Position numbers and translations under genes: made by a program. Positions 1 to 15,773 of a DNA stretch of 64,000 nt are shown here, in pieces. Each line of letters opens with the position of its first letter. Position 1 is the first letter of the stretch. Under the pieces are notes generated by a model, which made no database searches, was not told where the DNA came from, and saw only the letters and a program-made list of their open reading frames with translations. Source of the stretch: the human T2T-CHM13v2.0 reference genome, Homo sapiens; NCBI RefSeq assembly GCF_009914755.1, contig NC_060928.1; one strand, given 5' to 3'.

Positions 1-334
1 TGTCCTTACATTTATCTAAACTTATAGAAACATATACAGTATTTATGTGCATATATATGAAACACATACAGTATTTATGTGCATATATACATATATACAA
101 ATGTACATGTTCATGTGTTTTGTAAAAATATTTTTAAATACTTAAGAAGTCATACTATAATACTTGTATATTTTACTTAACCGTATACCATTATGTAATC
201 AGAACAGCTTCAAGTGACTCATGTGGATGGAATGTACCGTAATTTATCAAAATAGTCCCTTATCCAGAGATCATTCATTCTTTCATTCTTTGCCCCATTA
301 ACATAACCATTATTTATCCAGTTACTGAAGCTAG

Positions 335-737
<403 letters not shown>

Positions 738-1559
738 AAAAGTTGTTTTTCTTTGTAACCTTTTCCGGTGCCCTTCACTGGAAACTCACTGGAACTCAGG
801 ATCATGTCTTTGATTATGATAATAGCCTCCAATCCAACTTCTTTCCATGAGTCTTACTATTCTTGCCCATTCTTCACTGGGATCATCTTTCTAAAATGAA
901 AATCTGATAATCACTGTATTGTTGACAAGGTATCAGCCGTCAGCCATCTTCCCATGATCTACAAAAGAGACTAAACACCTTTCCATGGCTTATAAATCAG
1001 TCTCATTGTTGTTAAACTTTTATACTCTAAGAACTCCAGGTCAGGAACTACTCTCTCAAACATTACACCCTGTTACTGTACACTCCTTTGCCTCTGTTGC
1101 TACTGTCCCAGGAATGACCTCACTTCATATTCTATCTAACCTACCTTCAAAGCTAAACCAAAGTAAAGGTTCACTACAGAACCTTTTCTGATCCCACACC
1201 TGCTTTCCCTCCACAGAAGTAATCCCCTACCAACGTGTATCAGTCTCTTCTTTAGTACTTATTACTTTGAAACTTTCTGTATAACACAATTTCAATTATG
1301 TATTTACAAATCTGTCTTCCATTTGACACTGCACCAACCATTTATAATTTATCTTTACACAACCAAAGCATAGAACAGTGCCTGGGGACCCAGCAGTGCT
1401 TATAAGGAAAAGAAACTTTGACTATCCACTTCTGCCAGTCACTTCTAAGCTGCTAACTGTAAGGAATACAAACATGCATAACACTGTCCACAAAGAGTTC
1501 ACAATCTAATATGGAAAGTTATAGGACTATATACAAACAGCAAGATAACTGTGAAAAGG

Positions 1560-2260
1560 TTCTTAAGGTTCTTAAAACATTTTCTTCTCTTAACTTTTGC
1601 AATAATACATAGCACTTTCTTGGTTTTCCTCCTATCTAGCTGCTGCTTCTTCATTGCCCACTTTGCTACATCCTCCGCTGCACTACCTACAAATCTTGTA
1701 ATGTCCAAGAGCTCAGCTGTGTGTTCTTTCCTCCCTCTAAATTATTTCATCCAGTTCTATGACTTTTAATCTCACCTACATAGTACTAATTCCTGTGTTT
1801 ATATCTCTAACCCTATCCTTGGTCTCCTATATTTCAGACTCACAGGGCCAACTGTCCAAGTAAAATCTTCACGTGGATACCCAATAAGGCATTTCAAATC
1901 TAACATTTCCAGAGCAGAACTCTTGATTCTACCTACTCACTGCCAATAATACCTCTTCCCCATCACTACCTCAGTTTGTCCCACCACAATAAATAGCGCC
2001 AAAGTCCACTCAAACTCAAGAAATAATCTTTGATTTTGTCATTTCCTCACCTCCAAATCCCATTCATGAAAGCAAGTTCTACTGCTTTAACTATTAAATA
2101 CATCACATATATGTTTATTTCTCTCCATCATCATTGCTACCACATCATTCTAAGTCACCATTCCCTCTTTTCTAGAATACTTCAGTAATATCTTCACTGA
2201 CTTATCTGCTTTCATTCTTGCCCTGTATACCAATCCTATCACAATTCATTCTTCTAAGAA
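1560..2260 (-). mobile_element. Degenerate L2 LINE fragment
   Basis: Pyrimidine-rich L2-like motifs (ccaactgtccaagtaaaatcttcacgtggatac...aaatctaacatttccagagcagaactcttgatt). Confidence 0.55.
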
Positions 2261-2314
2261 TGTAAGCCATGGTGTTGGGAAAGCTGGATATCAACATACA
2301 AAAGAATGAAATTG

Positions 2315-3012
<698 letters not shown>

Positions 3013-3409
3013 CTTACCTTACATCATATATAAAATTACCTCAAAATGGATCAAAGACCTAAATGTAAGAGTTATAACTATAAAACTCCTAAAAGAAAAC
3101 ATAAGGAAAAGCTTCATGACCCTGAATTTGGCAATGATTTCTAGGACGTAATACCAAAAGCGCAGGCAATAACAGAAAAAAAAAATAGATAAACTGGACT
3201 ACATCAAAACTTCTGGGCCAGGTAAACTGGCTCACACCTGTAATCCCAACACTTTGGGAGGCTAAAGCAGGAGGATCGCTTGAGCTCAGGAATTTAAGAT
3301 CAGCCTGGGCAACATAGAGAGACTCCACGTCTATTTTTAAAAAGATAAAGGAAAAAACAACAACCTTCTGTGCATCAAAGGACAAACCCAACAGAGTGAA
3401 AAGACAACC

Positions 3410-3715
3410 CCAGTGACTCATGCCTATAATTCCTGCACTTTGGGAGGCCAAGGCAGAAGGGCTGCTTGAGCCCAGGAGCTCAAGACCAGCCTGGACAACA
3501 TAGCAAGTCCCTATCTCTACCCAAAAAAAAAATAATAATAATAGCTGGGCATGGTGGCATGTGCCTGTGGTCCCAGCTACTCAGGAGGCTGAGGTGGGAG
3601 GATCACATTAGCTAGGAGTATGTAGCTGCAATAAGCCACTGCACTCCAGCCTGTATAACAGAGAGACGCTGCCTGTCTCAAAAACAAAACAAACAAATAA
3701 GCAGAAAAAAAAAAC
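3410..3715 (+). mobile_element. AluJ-type SINE
   Basis: Diverged Alu body with A-rich tail. Confidence 0.85.
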
Positions 3716-4424
3716 CCTGTAAGTTATATCATGCCACTCGTCTATTAAAAACTCTGCTCTTACTGAATATGGTTTAATCCAAATTTCTTAGCATAGCTTA
3801 TAGGGCCTTATATGATCTGAATATTGAATACTTCTCTTGACATTCCCAAGCCTTACTCTTTCTTGCTGATTTTGTTCCAGCCACTCTGGCCTTCAATTTG
3901 TTTAAATAATACACAATACTATTCACTCCTTATGGCCTCTGCTCTTGCTGTTTCCTTGCCTTAAAATGTTGTGACATACATCTCAAAAGGGTTAGCTACT
4001 TCTCTTCATTCAAACTGTTTCCCCTTCACAAGATTTTTCTAAACACTCCACACTCCCTAAAAGCCAGTATGTTTACTCTCATAACATTATCCTGCTTTGT
4101 TTCCTTCTAAGCATTTATTACTTTCTAAATTGTCTTATTTTGATTACTTGTTTATTATTTGTTCTCTCCTTTATGACAGCACAGACTTATTCACAGCTAT
4201 ATCCTCAGATTCCAGAATAGTACCTGGCACATGGATTATAATCAATAAATGGATACTGAATGATAAAAAATGAGTGCCATAAACCACTCCCAATCTACTT
4301 TTTTGTCCTTTCCTTATATCCAAAACCTTAACTTCCTTATATCCGTTTCAATCCTCTTTCCCTCTAAGGAATATTCTGCAATTCTATCCTATAAAGACCT
4401 TTACTTTATGTCAATCTTTATTTT

Positions 4425-4660
4425 TAATATCATTTTTGTAGAGACAGGGGTCTTGCTATGTTGTCCAGGCTGGTCTCAGAAATCCTGGCCTCAAATTCCC
4501 AAGTAGCTAGGACTACAGGTGCATACTACCCAATTTTTTTTAAAGAGATAGGATCATGCTATGTTGCTCAGGCTGGTCTTGAACTCCTGGGCTCAAGCAA
4601 TCCTCCCATCTTAGTCTCCCAAAGTGCTGGGATTACAGGAGTGAACTACAATGCCCAGGT
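4425..4660 (-). mobile_element. Rearranged AluJ-type element
   Basis: Two left-arm-like pieces. TSD tactttatgtcaatctt / tattttatgtcaatctt. Confidence 0.75.
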
Positions 4661-7600
4661 TATTTTATGTCAATCTTATCCCTAATGATTACTGTAGGTA
4701 CGGCATATATTATACTTGTTTATAGAATATCTTATAAACATTCTATTAGAATTATATGTGTATTACTCTATTCTCTCAGAAGATGTGCTTCCTTAACCAG
4801 AACTGATTAAGGAAGCAGGGAAGGAAAAAGGAAAAATCTTTAAAAAAAAAAAAAAAGGACTAAAAAAATCTTTTGCTTCTTTTTATTTTAATAAACATAA
4901 CATCTAAGAGGTACTGTTCAGGTAGGCTATACCCCATCATTATTTGATGAGTGGACAGTTTGTAAAAATACTTCAAACCAAATATTCTCAAGCATCTAAA
5001 TTTATCTAAGCAATTAACAGCAACACCATGGAGCTTTTAGACTTAACTGTATCATAAATTTAAGTTTGAAATATTTTTGCTGGATAATACAAAATGATTA
5101 CCATCTAACCTTACTTATTTAAAAGAATATTATAAAAAGTGATTGGGATGTATGTAAAGTATTTAATAATACTTTCAGAGAAGAAGGGAAGCATATATAT
5201 CTTTTCCTTCACAATTTACAAAATGTTTTAAAATCAAAGTTTCTGAGAAGGTCCTGAATACATACCTCTGATTTTTTTAAATATTCACACAATGTTATTT
5301 GTCCTTTCATTAATGAAAATATTAAAATGACTTCAAAAATTAAACTAATAAGATATCTAAATGATTTTTTTTTGCTATTCTAAGGGGTCAATTTTTCTTA
5401 TCTATATGCCTATTTTCCTAAATATGCAAATTACACAATATTTAGCAACAGCAATTTTATCTAATAGCTGTGTAAACTATTCTTTCAAAAAAGAATTAAA
5501 GGTAAATTAAAGTTTTAATTATTATAAGCAGGCTCAAAATGTTGGGTTTACTGTAGATTAAATGTCTAAATGCAGAGCATAAAATGATTCACATATTTTA
5601 ATATTAAGAAGAAAAAACTATGTATAATTTACACCTACAGTGCAAGAAGGAAGAAAAAATGCTTGTGTCAGCCTTAGGAAACAAACAGCCCTATCAAGTA
5701 ACCAACTAGAAAAGATTCATACTGGAGGCTCAATAAATAACAGTAATGATGACAACCATCTCCCATAACTACATTACAGCCCATTGTCCACATCTGATTA
5801 TACTAGTCTAGACCTTGGGTAAGCACATACACATTTTCACCAAGAGTTTTCCAATATTACTGCTCTGTTTCCTGGGCTTTCTGTGACCCCCATTAGCAGC
5901 AACTGTCATTTTCACTACTAAACATGACCACTGATGAGAAAGGAAAGTTACTACTTTTCTACACTCTAATAATTGAGAATGTGGAAATAATGTTCCTGAA
6001 TTGGCAATCCTTCTAAATATAGTAATTTCTTTAGAATTAGCTACAGAGAAGAGGATAAATTGCTTCCAAAGATTTTCTTCCATAATATGAGAACTACTAA
6101 AGCCTCACTTTTCAAAATATCATCTCCATATATTAACATAGCCTTTATTCTTATAGTGAAGAATTATTGCCTAACTCTCCATGTATCTGCCTCCTTGCAA
6201 CATCTATCTCTCTCTGTCTCTCACCCAGCACATCCAATAATTCAGTATCACAAAAATCCCTAAACTGTTATCTCTCTGCACCTTTCTCAGTTAAAGCTCT
6301 CAGTAACAACTTTGAATAAGGGATGTAAAGGTTCTAACATCACAGAATACACATGCCTGGAACCTCAGAAAGAATAGATTTTGTTGGTAACTGAAAAAAT
6401 TAATTTAAATTAAAAAAAAATTTTTAATGGGCTTCATACACATTTAAGGCCAGTCTAGATCTTTCTCGGTTGAAATTTAGCCCAGGTAGTAGCCACTTTT
6501 TCTGGAAGGCAGTATCCTTGATCAGAGACCACAAGGTATCCATATGCTTTATTAGACTTTAAATGGAGATAGCAAATACTCCATAAAGTTATTTCATCCT
6601 GAGAATATAAAACCTTAGTAATTTAATATAAATGTTACATCCTCACATCAACCTGTTTTTCCAAACTTACTTTGCATGATAATCCCTAGTTGAACATTTT
6701 AAAACAACTCATGATATTACAGAGGCTAGAATGGAAGCAAAAAGACCAGGCTGCAAGCTTTTATCTGATTATTTTAGATAAAATAATTTCTTAGGACTAT
6801 GAAATAATCTATTCTCTAGAATGTGCAAATAAAAAGAGACAGAAGATAGTTACATGTAGAAAAGCAAAAATATAGAGAAATGGCTCTCCTGACTCTCCAC
6901 TTGGAATTCAGTTTATTTGGAATTCAGCAGATTTCTCTGCTGCACAGTATCTACCACCTTCTATCTTCTTATAACTGCCTTTGTCTCTTCATTGTCAGTG
7001 ACATTTCCTTGGCGATTCATAGAAATTCATCTTTTCAGATTCCACTCTGACCACTCTTATTTAACACTGCAATGTCCTCTGTATCCGACTGTACCTATTC
7101 TCCTCCCCTCGTTTTAACTTTCTCATATCACTTATCTCCTGAACATACTATCAACTTTTTAATTTCTTTATTGTCTAACTTTACCAATTAAAATAAACCC
7201 TATTAGGCAGGCATTTCTATTCTGACCATTGCTAAATTCCCAGAGCCAAGAATATGGACCAGCACGTGGCCAGTATGGATTAATATTTGCTGAACAAAGT
7301 GAATGACGCTATTTTCATTTTATTTTTATTTTACTCTTCTCAAAGGTTATGAGAGTTCCGTTTTTCACCTATCCCTAATACACATCCCTTTTTTCTATAA
7401 TCGTTCTTATTTAATAAATGATCCTACGTACATAGATGCTGTTGTAGTTTTTTTAAAATGTGTAAGGCTATGAAACATCTATACAAACATAAGCATATTC
7501 TACAGGCACGCTATATCCAAGCCATCTTTCCTAAAAGTCACATACATTTGGTCTTGGTAAAAAAATGTCAAACAGCAAATCCTATTTAGCAAAACATTTA

Positions 7601-7714
7601 AAGCTCTGAAATCTAGTAGAATTTAGCATTTTTAGGGGGTGAAAAAGCACAATTCAAACGCAGCACCATTTTTTTACATAAATCAGAACAAAGCAAGCTT
7701 AAAAAGTAGCCACA

Positions 7715-8023
<309 letters not shown>

Positions 8024-9692
8024 TCATTTAAATATAAAATCCCATATAAAGTGCACAAAACAAGCCTCCATATTCAAAACCTATTAAAGGAAGTATATTA
8101 ATGATAAGCTGAGATCAAGCTATAAAATTAAAAATAAAAAATGACCTGACCATGTCAGTACTTTAAGCCAAAACATATGAATAAAATAAATAAGAAACAT
8201 ATGCTTATCCTAATTAAGGAGAGAAAATTCTAATCTTCTTTGATAAGCCATTAAACCTTCACAAAATGATAAACATTAATTTAAATAATCTAATCTTTAA
8301 GAGCATATAAGAGCATATACTTTATTCTAAATCACCCAGAGAAACTTCTATACTAATACAATCCAGGATTGAAGTAAACAGAGATAAAGACATGAGCCCA
8401 GGAGCTAAGCGGTTGCAGCCTGGGTGACAGAACAAGACCCTGTCTCACCAAAAAAAAAAAAAAAAAAAAAGAGAGAGAGAGAGATAAAGTCTCTGCTCAA
8501 TTAATCCACTGTTGATCTCTGACTCTACCCTAAAAATAGCATCATTTCCAAACAACTGTTTACAAGATGTAATTAAGCAGAGCACAGTAACTCACGCCTG
8601 TAATCCTACCAACTTGGGGGACCAAGGTAGGAAGATCACTTGAGCCTGAGCGACAAGGCAAGAACTTATCTCTTAAAAGAAAAAAAAATTACAATAAAAA
8701 AATTTAATTGGAGTTTTTCTATAAAGTATCTTCCCACATATATAATTTTAAAACTGAAACCAGAAAAAGCACATGGCTCTTTAAGTAACACTCAAGGATT
8801 TCCAAGTGATAATCTCTACCTCAATTCAAATTTTATCTTCCACTGATACAGATAAGAATATATTCTAGCCACACTGTTTACTTACGTGCAATAAATACCT
8901 TTGTCTTTTTATCAAAGGATAACCCAGATCTAAAATACAAGTGCTAATGGCCAACAGGGTCCAAATGAAATATTTTCTGGCCTCTCTCCCTCTCTCCCTT
9001 TTCCCTCTCCACCTTTCCTTCTAGTCATTCTTCTTCTCATTCCACCAACATTATTAGTAATCGTGCTATTCAGAGAAGTGAAGAAAAAGGATGGAGCGGC
9101 TAAATGAATGCTCAGAAAGAAGACATGCAATCTAAGTAGATGAATTTTGAAGACAGACCAGTGTATTAATACTCGAAGCATTATGTCTTTTATGTGGGCT
9201 ATTTATATATTTGTATACAAGTCTGAGTTACTGCTGTAATAAGCAGACACTGACTGGCTCTAGAGGATGATTAAGCAACGTGCCCAACAGTATGCAGGAT
9301 AATCTGCCCTTTCTGTGCTTTCCAAGGATGGGAGAAAAAGAAGAGTCACAGCAGCACATCTAAAAGTAAAGTTGTAAGAGGCTATGAAAGCTCTTAAAAT
9401 GTGTTTTTATTAAATTAAACACAAAACTATAATTATAGGTTGTTTTAATTATTTATATATTTAACAAATTACAAGATTCAAGATGAGAATTTAAATCTTA
9501 AAATTTTTACCAAATATTGTACCTTTAAACTAGGTTTCATAGTCTACTACTTCCCTGATTTTTACTATCAAACATTTAAAAAATTAGCCAATAAAACTAT
9601 GCCGGTTTTTTTATTTAAAGTATAAATGAAATAGAAACAATGAGGAGAAACTAATAGAAACATTAATAAAACTAGGAACAAGAATGAAAGGA

Positions 9693-9987
9693 GGCCAGGC
9701 ACAGTGGCTCATGCCTGTAATCCCAGCACTTTGGGAGGCTGAATGACTTAAGTCCAGGAGTTCAAGACTAGCCTGGGCAACATGGCAAAACCCCATCTCT
9801 ACAAGAAAAAAAAAAAAATTAAAAATTAGCCAGGTGTGGTGTCCTCAACAGCAGTCCCAGATACTTAGGAGGCTGAGGTGAGAGGATCACTTGAGCCAGG
9901 GAGGTCGAGGCTGAAGTGAGATGAGATGGTGCCCCTGCACTCTAGCCTGGGCAACAGAGCAAGACCCTATCTCAAAAAAAAAAAAAA
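9693..9987 (+). mobile_element. AluJ-type SINE
   Basis: Runs from ggccaggcacagtggctc to ctcaaaaaa. Confidence 0.88.
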
Positions 9988-11989
9988 GACAGAAAACTCT
10001 GATAGAGGATTTGCACTTATTTTTCAAAATTCTAGAGGTTAAGAACAAAAAGAGTACCACCTAAACAAATAAAATATTCATCATTCTCTCTAAGACACAC
10101 AAGTCATAAGACAGGAGACCACCAACAAATCATTACAAATTTCACAAAATAATGTCTCAGAACAGCTGACTTGATCACTGCTACCTAGAACAACATCAGG
10201 AGCTTAAAATGCTCTAAAAAATATTTGGAGGGATCACAAGCAAGCTGGCAAGAAGAAAGGAGGCAACCTAGCAGCCAGATCTATTTCTGCCAGCAAAATT
10301 AACATCAATACTGAGATACTAAATTTTTTTGCAAGTAATATCACCAAAACCTCTAAGAAAATAAGAATAAAAGGCAAAATAAGAACTTGAAGCCCTTTAT
10401 TTATCCAAATAAGAAAAAACATTCAAGATTCATTGGCAAAGAATTGAGTTGAAAAATGTAAGCAACAGTGTTATGGAATGTAATTAAATATATCTTTCAA
10501 TTCAATTCAATTTCAATTAAATACATTTGTAAAGTGAAGAAAAAAATAACTAAGATAAAGACAAATCGAATACACAAATAAATGAATTTAGGTCCAATAT
10601 ACATAACAATGTAACCTACACCACATCTAAATTTAGTATAACACTGAATCCTCAGATTTCATTCAACAGGGTCAAAGGGAGTAGTAATAACTGTACATTA
10701 TTTTCTATTGATGTGGTGCTACAGCATCACAGAGACTCTAAAAGGTGGCTTTAATATTCTTTAAGTTCTTTAAAACTATTAGTTTAGAGAAAGTTGTGCC
10801 TTTCAAGAATAAGAAAACTCTTTTAGATCTTTCACTTGCACATTTAAAAAGTAAACAGAGGTGCTGATAATAATGATTCAAGATATCATAAAACACTCAT
10901 AAACAAAATTAGTATTCAGGAATAACAATGTTCTTGCTCATAACTTGTGAAAATTTAATTATTTAACTGAAATCTTTTATTATAAGTATATGTATTTTTT
11001 TCTCTTTAAAGTCATCAAGGTTGTAACAATTACGTCAGTGATTATCAATTATTCTAGCTCTCTAAAATAAATTTGTTTAAAATGGAGTGTTGTTTACATG
11101 AAAAATACCAATAATTGAACTCAAAATTACCAAAACAATGTATTTAAAAATATCTTATTAAACAAATGTAAGTTAAAGAGACCATCAGCAAATCACTATA
11201 AATTTCACAGAGTAACATCTCATCGAGCAGCTGCCTTGATCATAGCTAGAACAACATCAGCAGTTTCTACCAAACAACAATTACTTATGTCTGAACTTAG
11301 TAATTGATTTGCTAATGACACTCTACAAGTCTGTTAGACCTTATGCTGTAGTCTGTCTATAAAGGTCTTCATGTTATTTACACAAATACGACATTAATCA
11401 AGGGCAAAATTTATAGCAGCTACTCTATAAATGAGGTCAAGGCAGGTCAGACTTACATAATAAGAAGAAAAAAAGGTTAGTCTTTGCAGTAAAAAGGAAA
11501 ATCATTATTATTATTCTTCCTGCCCCTGGGATTAAGTCTAGTAGTCAAACACTCCAAACTATTTCACAAACACATCTACTCCTATGAAAACTCATTTAAC
11601 CTCAAGGCACTAAATATTTATAAAAGGAAAGCCAAATCCACTGATTTAGAAAAATAAACCACTAAAATTTTCCTTTAAAATATATTCTACACTGTAAATA
11701 AAGAGAGAACGAAAATTTCCAATTTTACCTCCACTATTTCACTAATGAATCTTAGCTTCCACCACTGTTTATTTCAAACACGTAAAAGATAAAGGCTGAG
11801 TGTTCTCTATAGGCTAAGCACTGAAGTAAAGAAGACAGTTTCTAACTATGGGAAGCTAAAAAATCTCAACAGAATAAGAAAAGCAAAGGTAAAAAATCAG
11901 AGAAAGGGTACTATGAAAATGATAACAGATGATATAAAAATAAATTATTCAAACAACTGTTTCACCAAATTTTCAGAAATAGCAATAGC

Positions 11990-12285
11990 AGGAGTATTAG
12001 CATTTGTGCCAGTACCTCCAAGTCTCAGTTCCACAGAATAATACAGGTCCAGTAGACACCTGTATATGCAGTAAAGTGTGTTACAAGAGAGGAACTCTGA
12101 GCTTAGGGCACTTGAATCTTCTGTGACGGCCAGTAGGCCCGTTGGTCTTTGGCTTGGAGAAAGACATTATTATACTAGACAGTAAACGATCCTGCTTTGT
12201 TCTAAATGAAGACACTATTTCTATATTCCAAAGCTGTCTGCTATATAAAGATCTTTGAATGATAATGCAAAACAAAGGCATTTGG
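11990..12285 (-). mobile_element. ERVL-class LTR fragment (LTR40/41-like)
   Basis: Reverse strand tgcctttgttttgc...cagctttggaatatagaaatagtgtct...ccctaagctcagagttcctctcttgtaac resembles the recalled LTR40 consensus. Confidence 0.55.
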
Positions 12286-12500
12286 TATCTCTTCTTACAA
12301 GGCCAAAAATCTTAAGAGTGATGCCTGGCTTTCTCTCACAACCCACATCCAAGCCATTAGAATATCCTGTCAGGTCTTATCTTCAAAATAGGTTCATAAT
12401 CCTACCACTTCTTACCTCCTCTACTGCTAGCAACCTTGTCCCAGTCACCATCATGTTTAACCAGAATTACTACAATAGCCCCCTAATTGATCTCTTTGTC

Positions 12501-13140
<640 letters not shown>

Positions 13141-15708
13141 TCCCAGAGTGATCTTTTTAATCCATAAGGGAGACTGTCTTCCTCTTCTTCTCAAAATCAT
13201 GCAATGGCTGTCATTTCCCACAGAATAAATTACAAAGCCTCTACACAAAATCTTGCCCTATGTTATCTCTCTGACCTTACTTCCTATTTCATTCTACTTT
13301 AATCACTCTTTTCTTGCTATATTGGCCTCATTCCTCAAATACACCACAGAAGCTCTCACTTGTACACTGGCTGTTCCCTAGGCCTGGAATGCTTTTCCAT
13401 ACATGCCCCTTTAACTGACTCCCTGTGTGCTTCAAGTGCTTGCTCCAATGTTACTTTCTCAATGAGTCCTAATCCTGCCACTCTATTTAAACTACAAACC
13501 ATACCAACCTTTTTTACTTCCTTCAAAAATTTCATTCCCCTCATCTGCTCCATATTTTTTCTCACAGTACTAACCGTCATTCACATATTATATAACTTAC
13601 TTTTTTTTTTATTGTTTATAATCTGTCAATGCCTATTTGAATGTACAATCCACGAAAAAAAGAATCTTTATCTATTTTGTTTATTGCTGTATCCTCCGTA
13701 GCAAGAATAATTCCTGGGACATAGTGTGTAATAAATAGATGAGGAACTGAAGCTCAAAAACTAAAAGCGCTTGTCAAGTATCAAAGCTGAAACCTGAACC
13801 CAGGGCTATCTTCAAAGCCAATGCTCTTAATCTTAAGTCTATGTTGCCTCATCTATTAAATGTAACAATAACATACATAAATAAGGGTAGTTACACTTAG
13901 TAAAGTCTACGATGTTCAAAATCACCTCATATAAATTTTTCTTTAAAAAAGCCCTGGAATTATACTTCAATAAACACTAAAAATTATAAAAAATCTGTTC
14001 ATGGGTGTTTTGCATTAAGCAGAACATTTGTGTATTTAATCGACAGCTCCAGTCACCTCTTTTTCCATATATAAACTTCAATATCATCCAATACCTCAGT
14101 GTTGAAATCAGTCGAAAGCTATTTTTCAATAAATATACACTTTGAAATGTTTACTAAAAGAGTAAAGAATTAGTCATTATTTCATTAATTGCCCTATGAA
14201 TTAGTAATCACTGATATAAATCTATATCAGTTTTTATTGATCACCTACTACTTGCCACACTCTACATGAAAATGTATCTCTATGTTTCATATAGATCACT
14301 GTAGTAACCTTGCTACTGTTCTTCATTTCAATCAGGTCTTCCCTCCTTCAACCTATCCTAAACAATTCCGCCAGTTATCTTTCCAAACCCGAAATATCAC
14401 AATGACTCTTTTGTTTAAAATCTTCCAAGGCTTCCCACGATCTTGAGGGATCTAGATGCCCAATTCCAACAACACCTCTCCAACACACACACACACACAC
14501 ACACGAATATCCTGTACACCTTCCCACATTACAATGCCTTCAGATATTCTGTTCCCTGTGTTTGAAATGTTTTTCACACAAATGTCCTCCAATTTTTCCA
14601 TAACCTCCAATTTTCTAATGTTTACATGACAAATCGTACTGATCCTTGAAATGCACCTCAAGAATCATGGTTCCTGGTTAAGTTTTAAGCACCCTGTACT
14701 TACATATTTCTATCACAGAATTTAGCATGAAGTATTATAATTGCAGGTTACTAGTCTGTGAGCACCTGTAATTATTTCTGAAGGAAAGGATTTTAGTAGT
14801 ATTTAAAATCAAATAAAGTTACGAATACTCTTTTCGCCCTTTTCCATAACATTTATGAGAGATAGAGAGCAAACCTTGATTCCTAGATGCAAGTTCAAAT
14901 AGTTACCAAAGGACTGATAGGGTCAATCTTCCAACAACATTACCTAAAACACTAATCGAACATTGCTGAAACAGTAAGTTTGTTCAGAATACTATCTCGA
15001 AGGGGAGTCAGTCACATCTTTTAATCTATACTCTGGGTCTTCAGTTCCATTAATGCAAAATCAGCTACTACAAATCAGACAAAAAGTGGTCCACTAATCA
15101 TTTCCTCAATTTCTTTTTACCTTTTAATGATTTCACTCTTTTACATTTGTTTTCTCCCTTTTATCTCTCTTTTCATCTCTGTACTTTCTTCCCTTCTCTT
15201 ACCCACCACTGAATTTTCTTTCCTTGAATTCTTCTGTTTCTGTTCTTTAAGTAGAAAATATACCTCCTTATTTCCTCTATCACCTTTCTCACCACATCAC
15301 ATTGCGAAACTTGTCCCCCCTCCCATTATGATCAGCGTGTGATATAAGAAAGATAATATAGACATCTAATTCTAATTATTGGCTCTACACACATAAAATA
15401 ACTTGATAGAAAGTCCAAATAAGTATGGCTTTTCCTTATACCTGCAAATAGAATTAACAGTTTACTTTTCCCAAACTCAGCCACACTTTTTGAAAAATAA
15501 AAATCAGAAATGTATCAGTAAGCTTGCATCTAAAGAAAATTATAAAATGGTTAAATATTAACATATACATAATAATTGATATATCAGAGCTCCATTACAT
15601 TACTGACTGAACAAACAGTAAATACAGAACCCAAAAATATCAATGCCTATAGGAAAAACCCAAGATTTTAAAGAAAAATACAAAATGAATTAAAATAAAA
15701 TAAATTAC

Positions 15709-15773
15709 CTTCCTTCATTGACAAGTTCGATAAAAGCAAGGCCTGCATTCTTCTGAATAGAATTTTGCCACTC
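15709..15773 (-). CDS. LRBA: LRBA internal coding exon, 65 nt, phase 0 to 2: EWQNSIQKNAGLAFIELVNEG(R), leading towards the DUF1088/PH-BEACH region
   Basis: Minus strand reads gctttttttttttatag|GAGTGGCAA...GGAAG|gtaatt. It continues in frame after a ~36.2 kb intron. No further exon was recognised in 1-15708. Confidence 0.96.
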
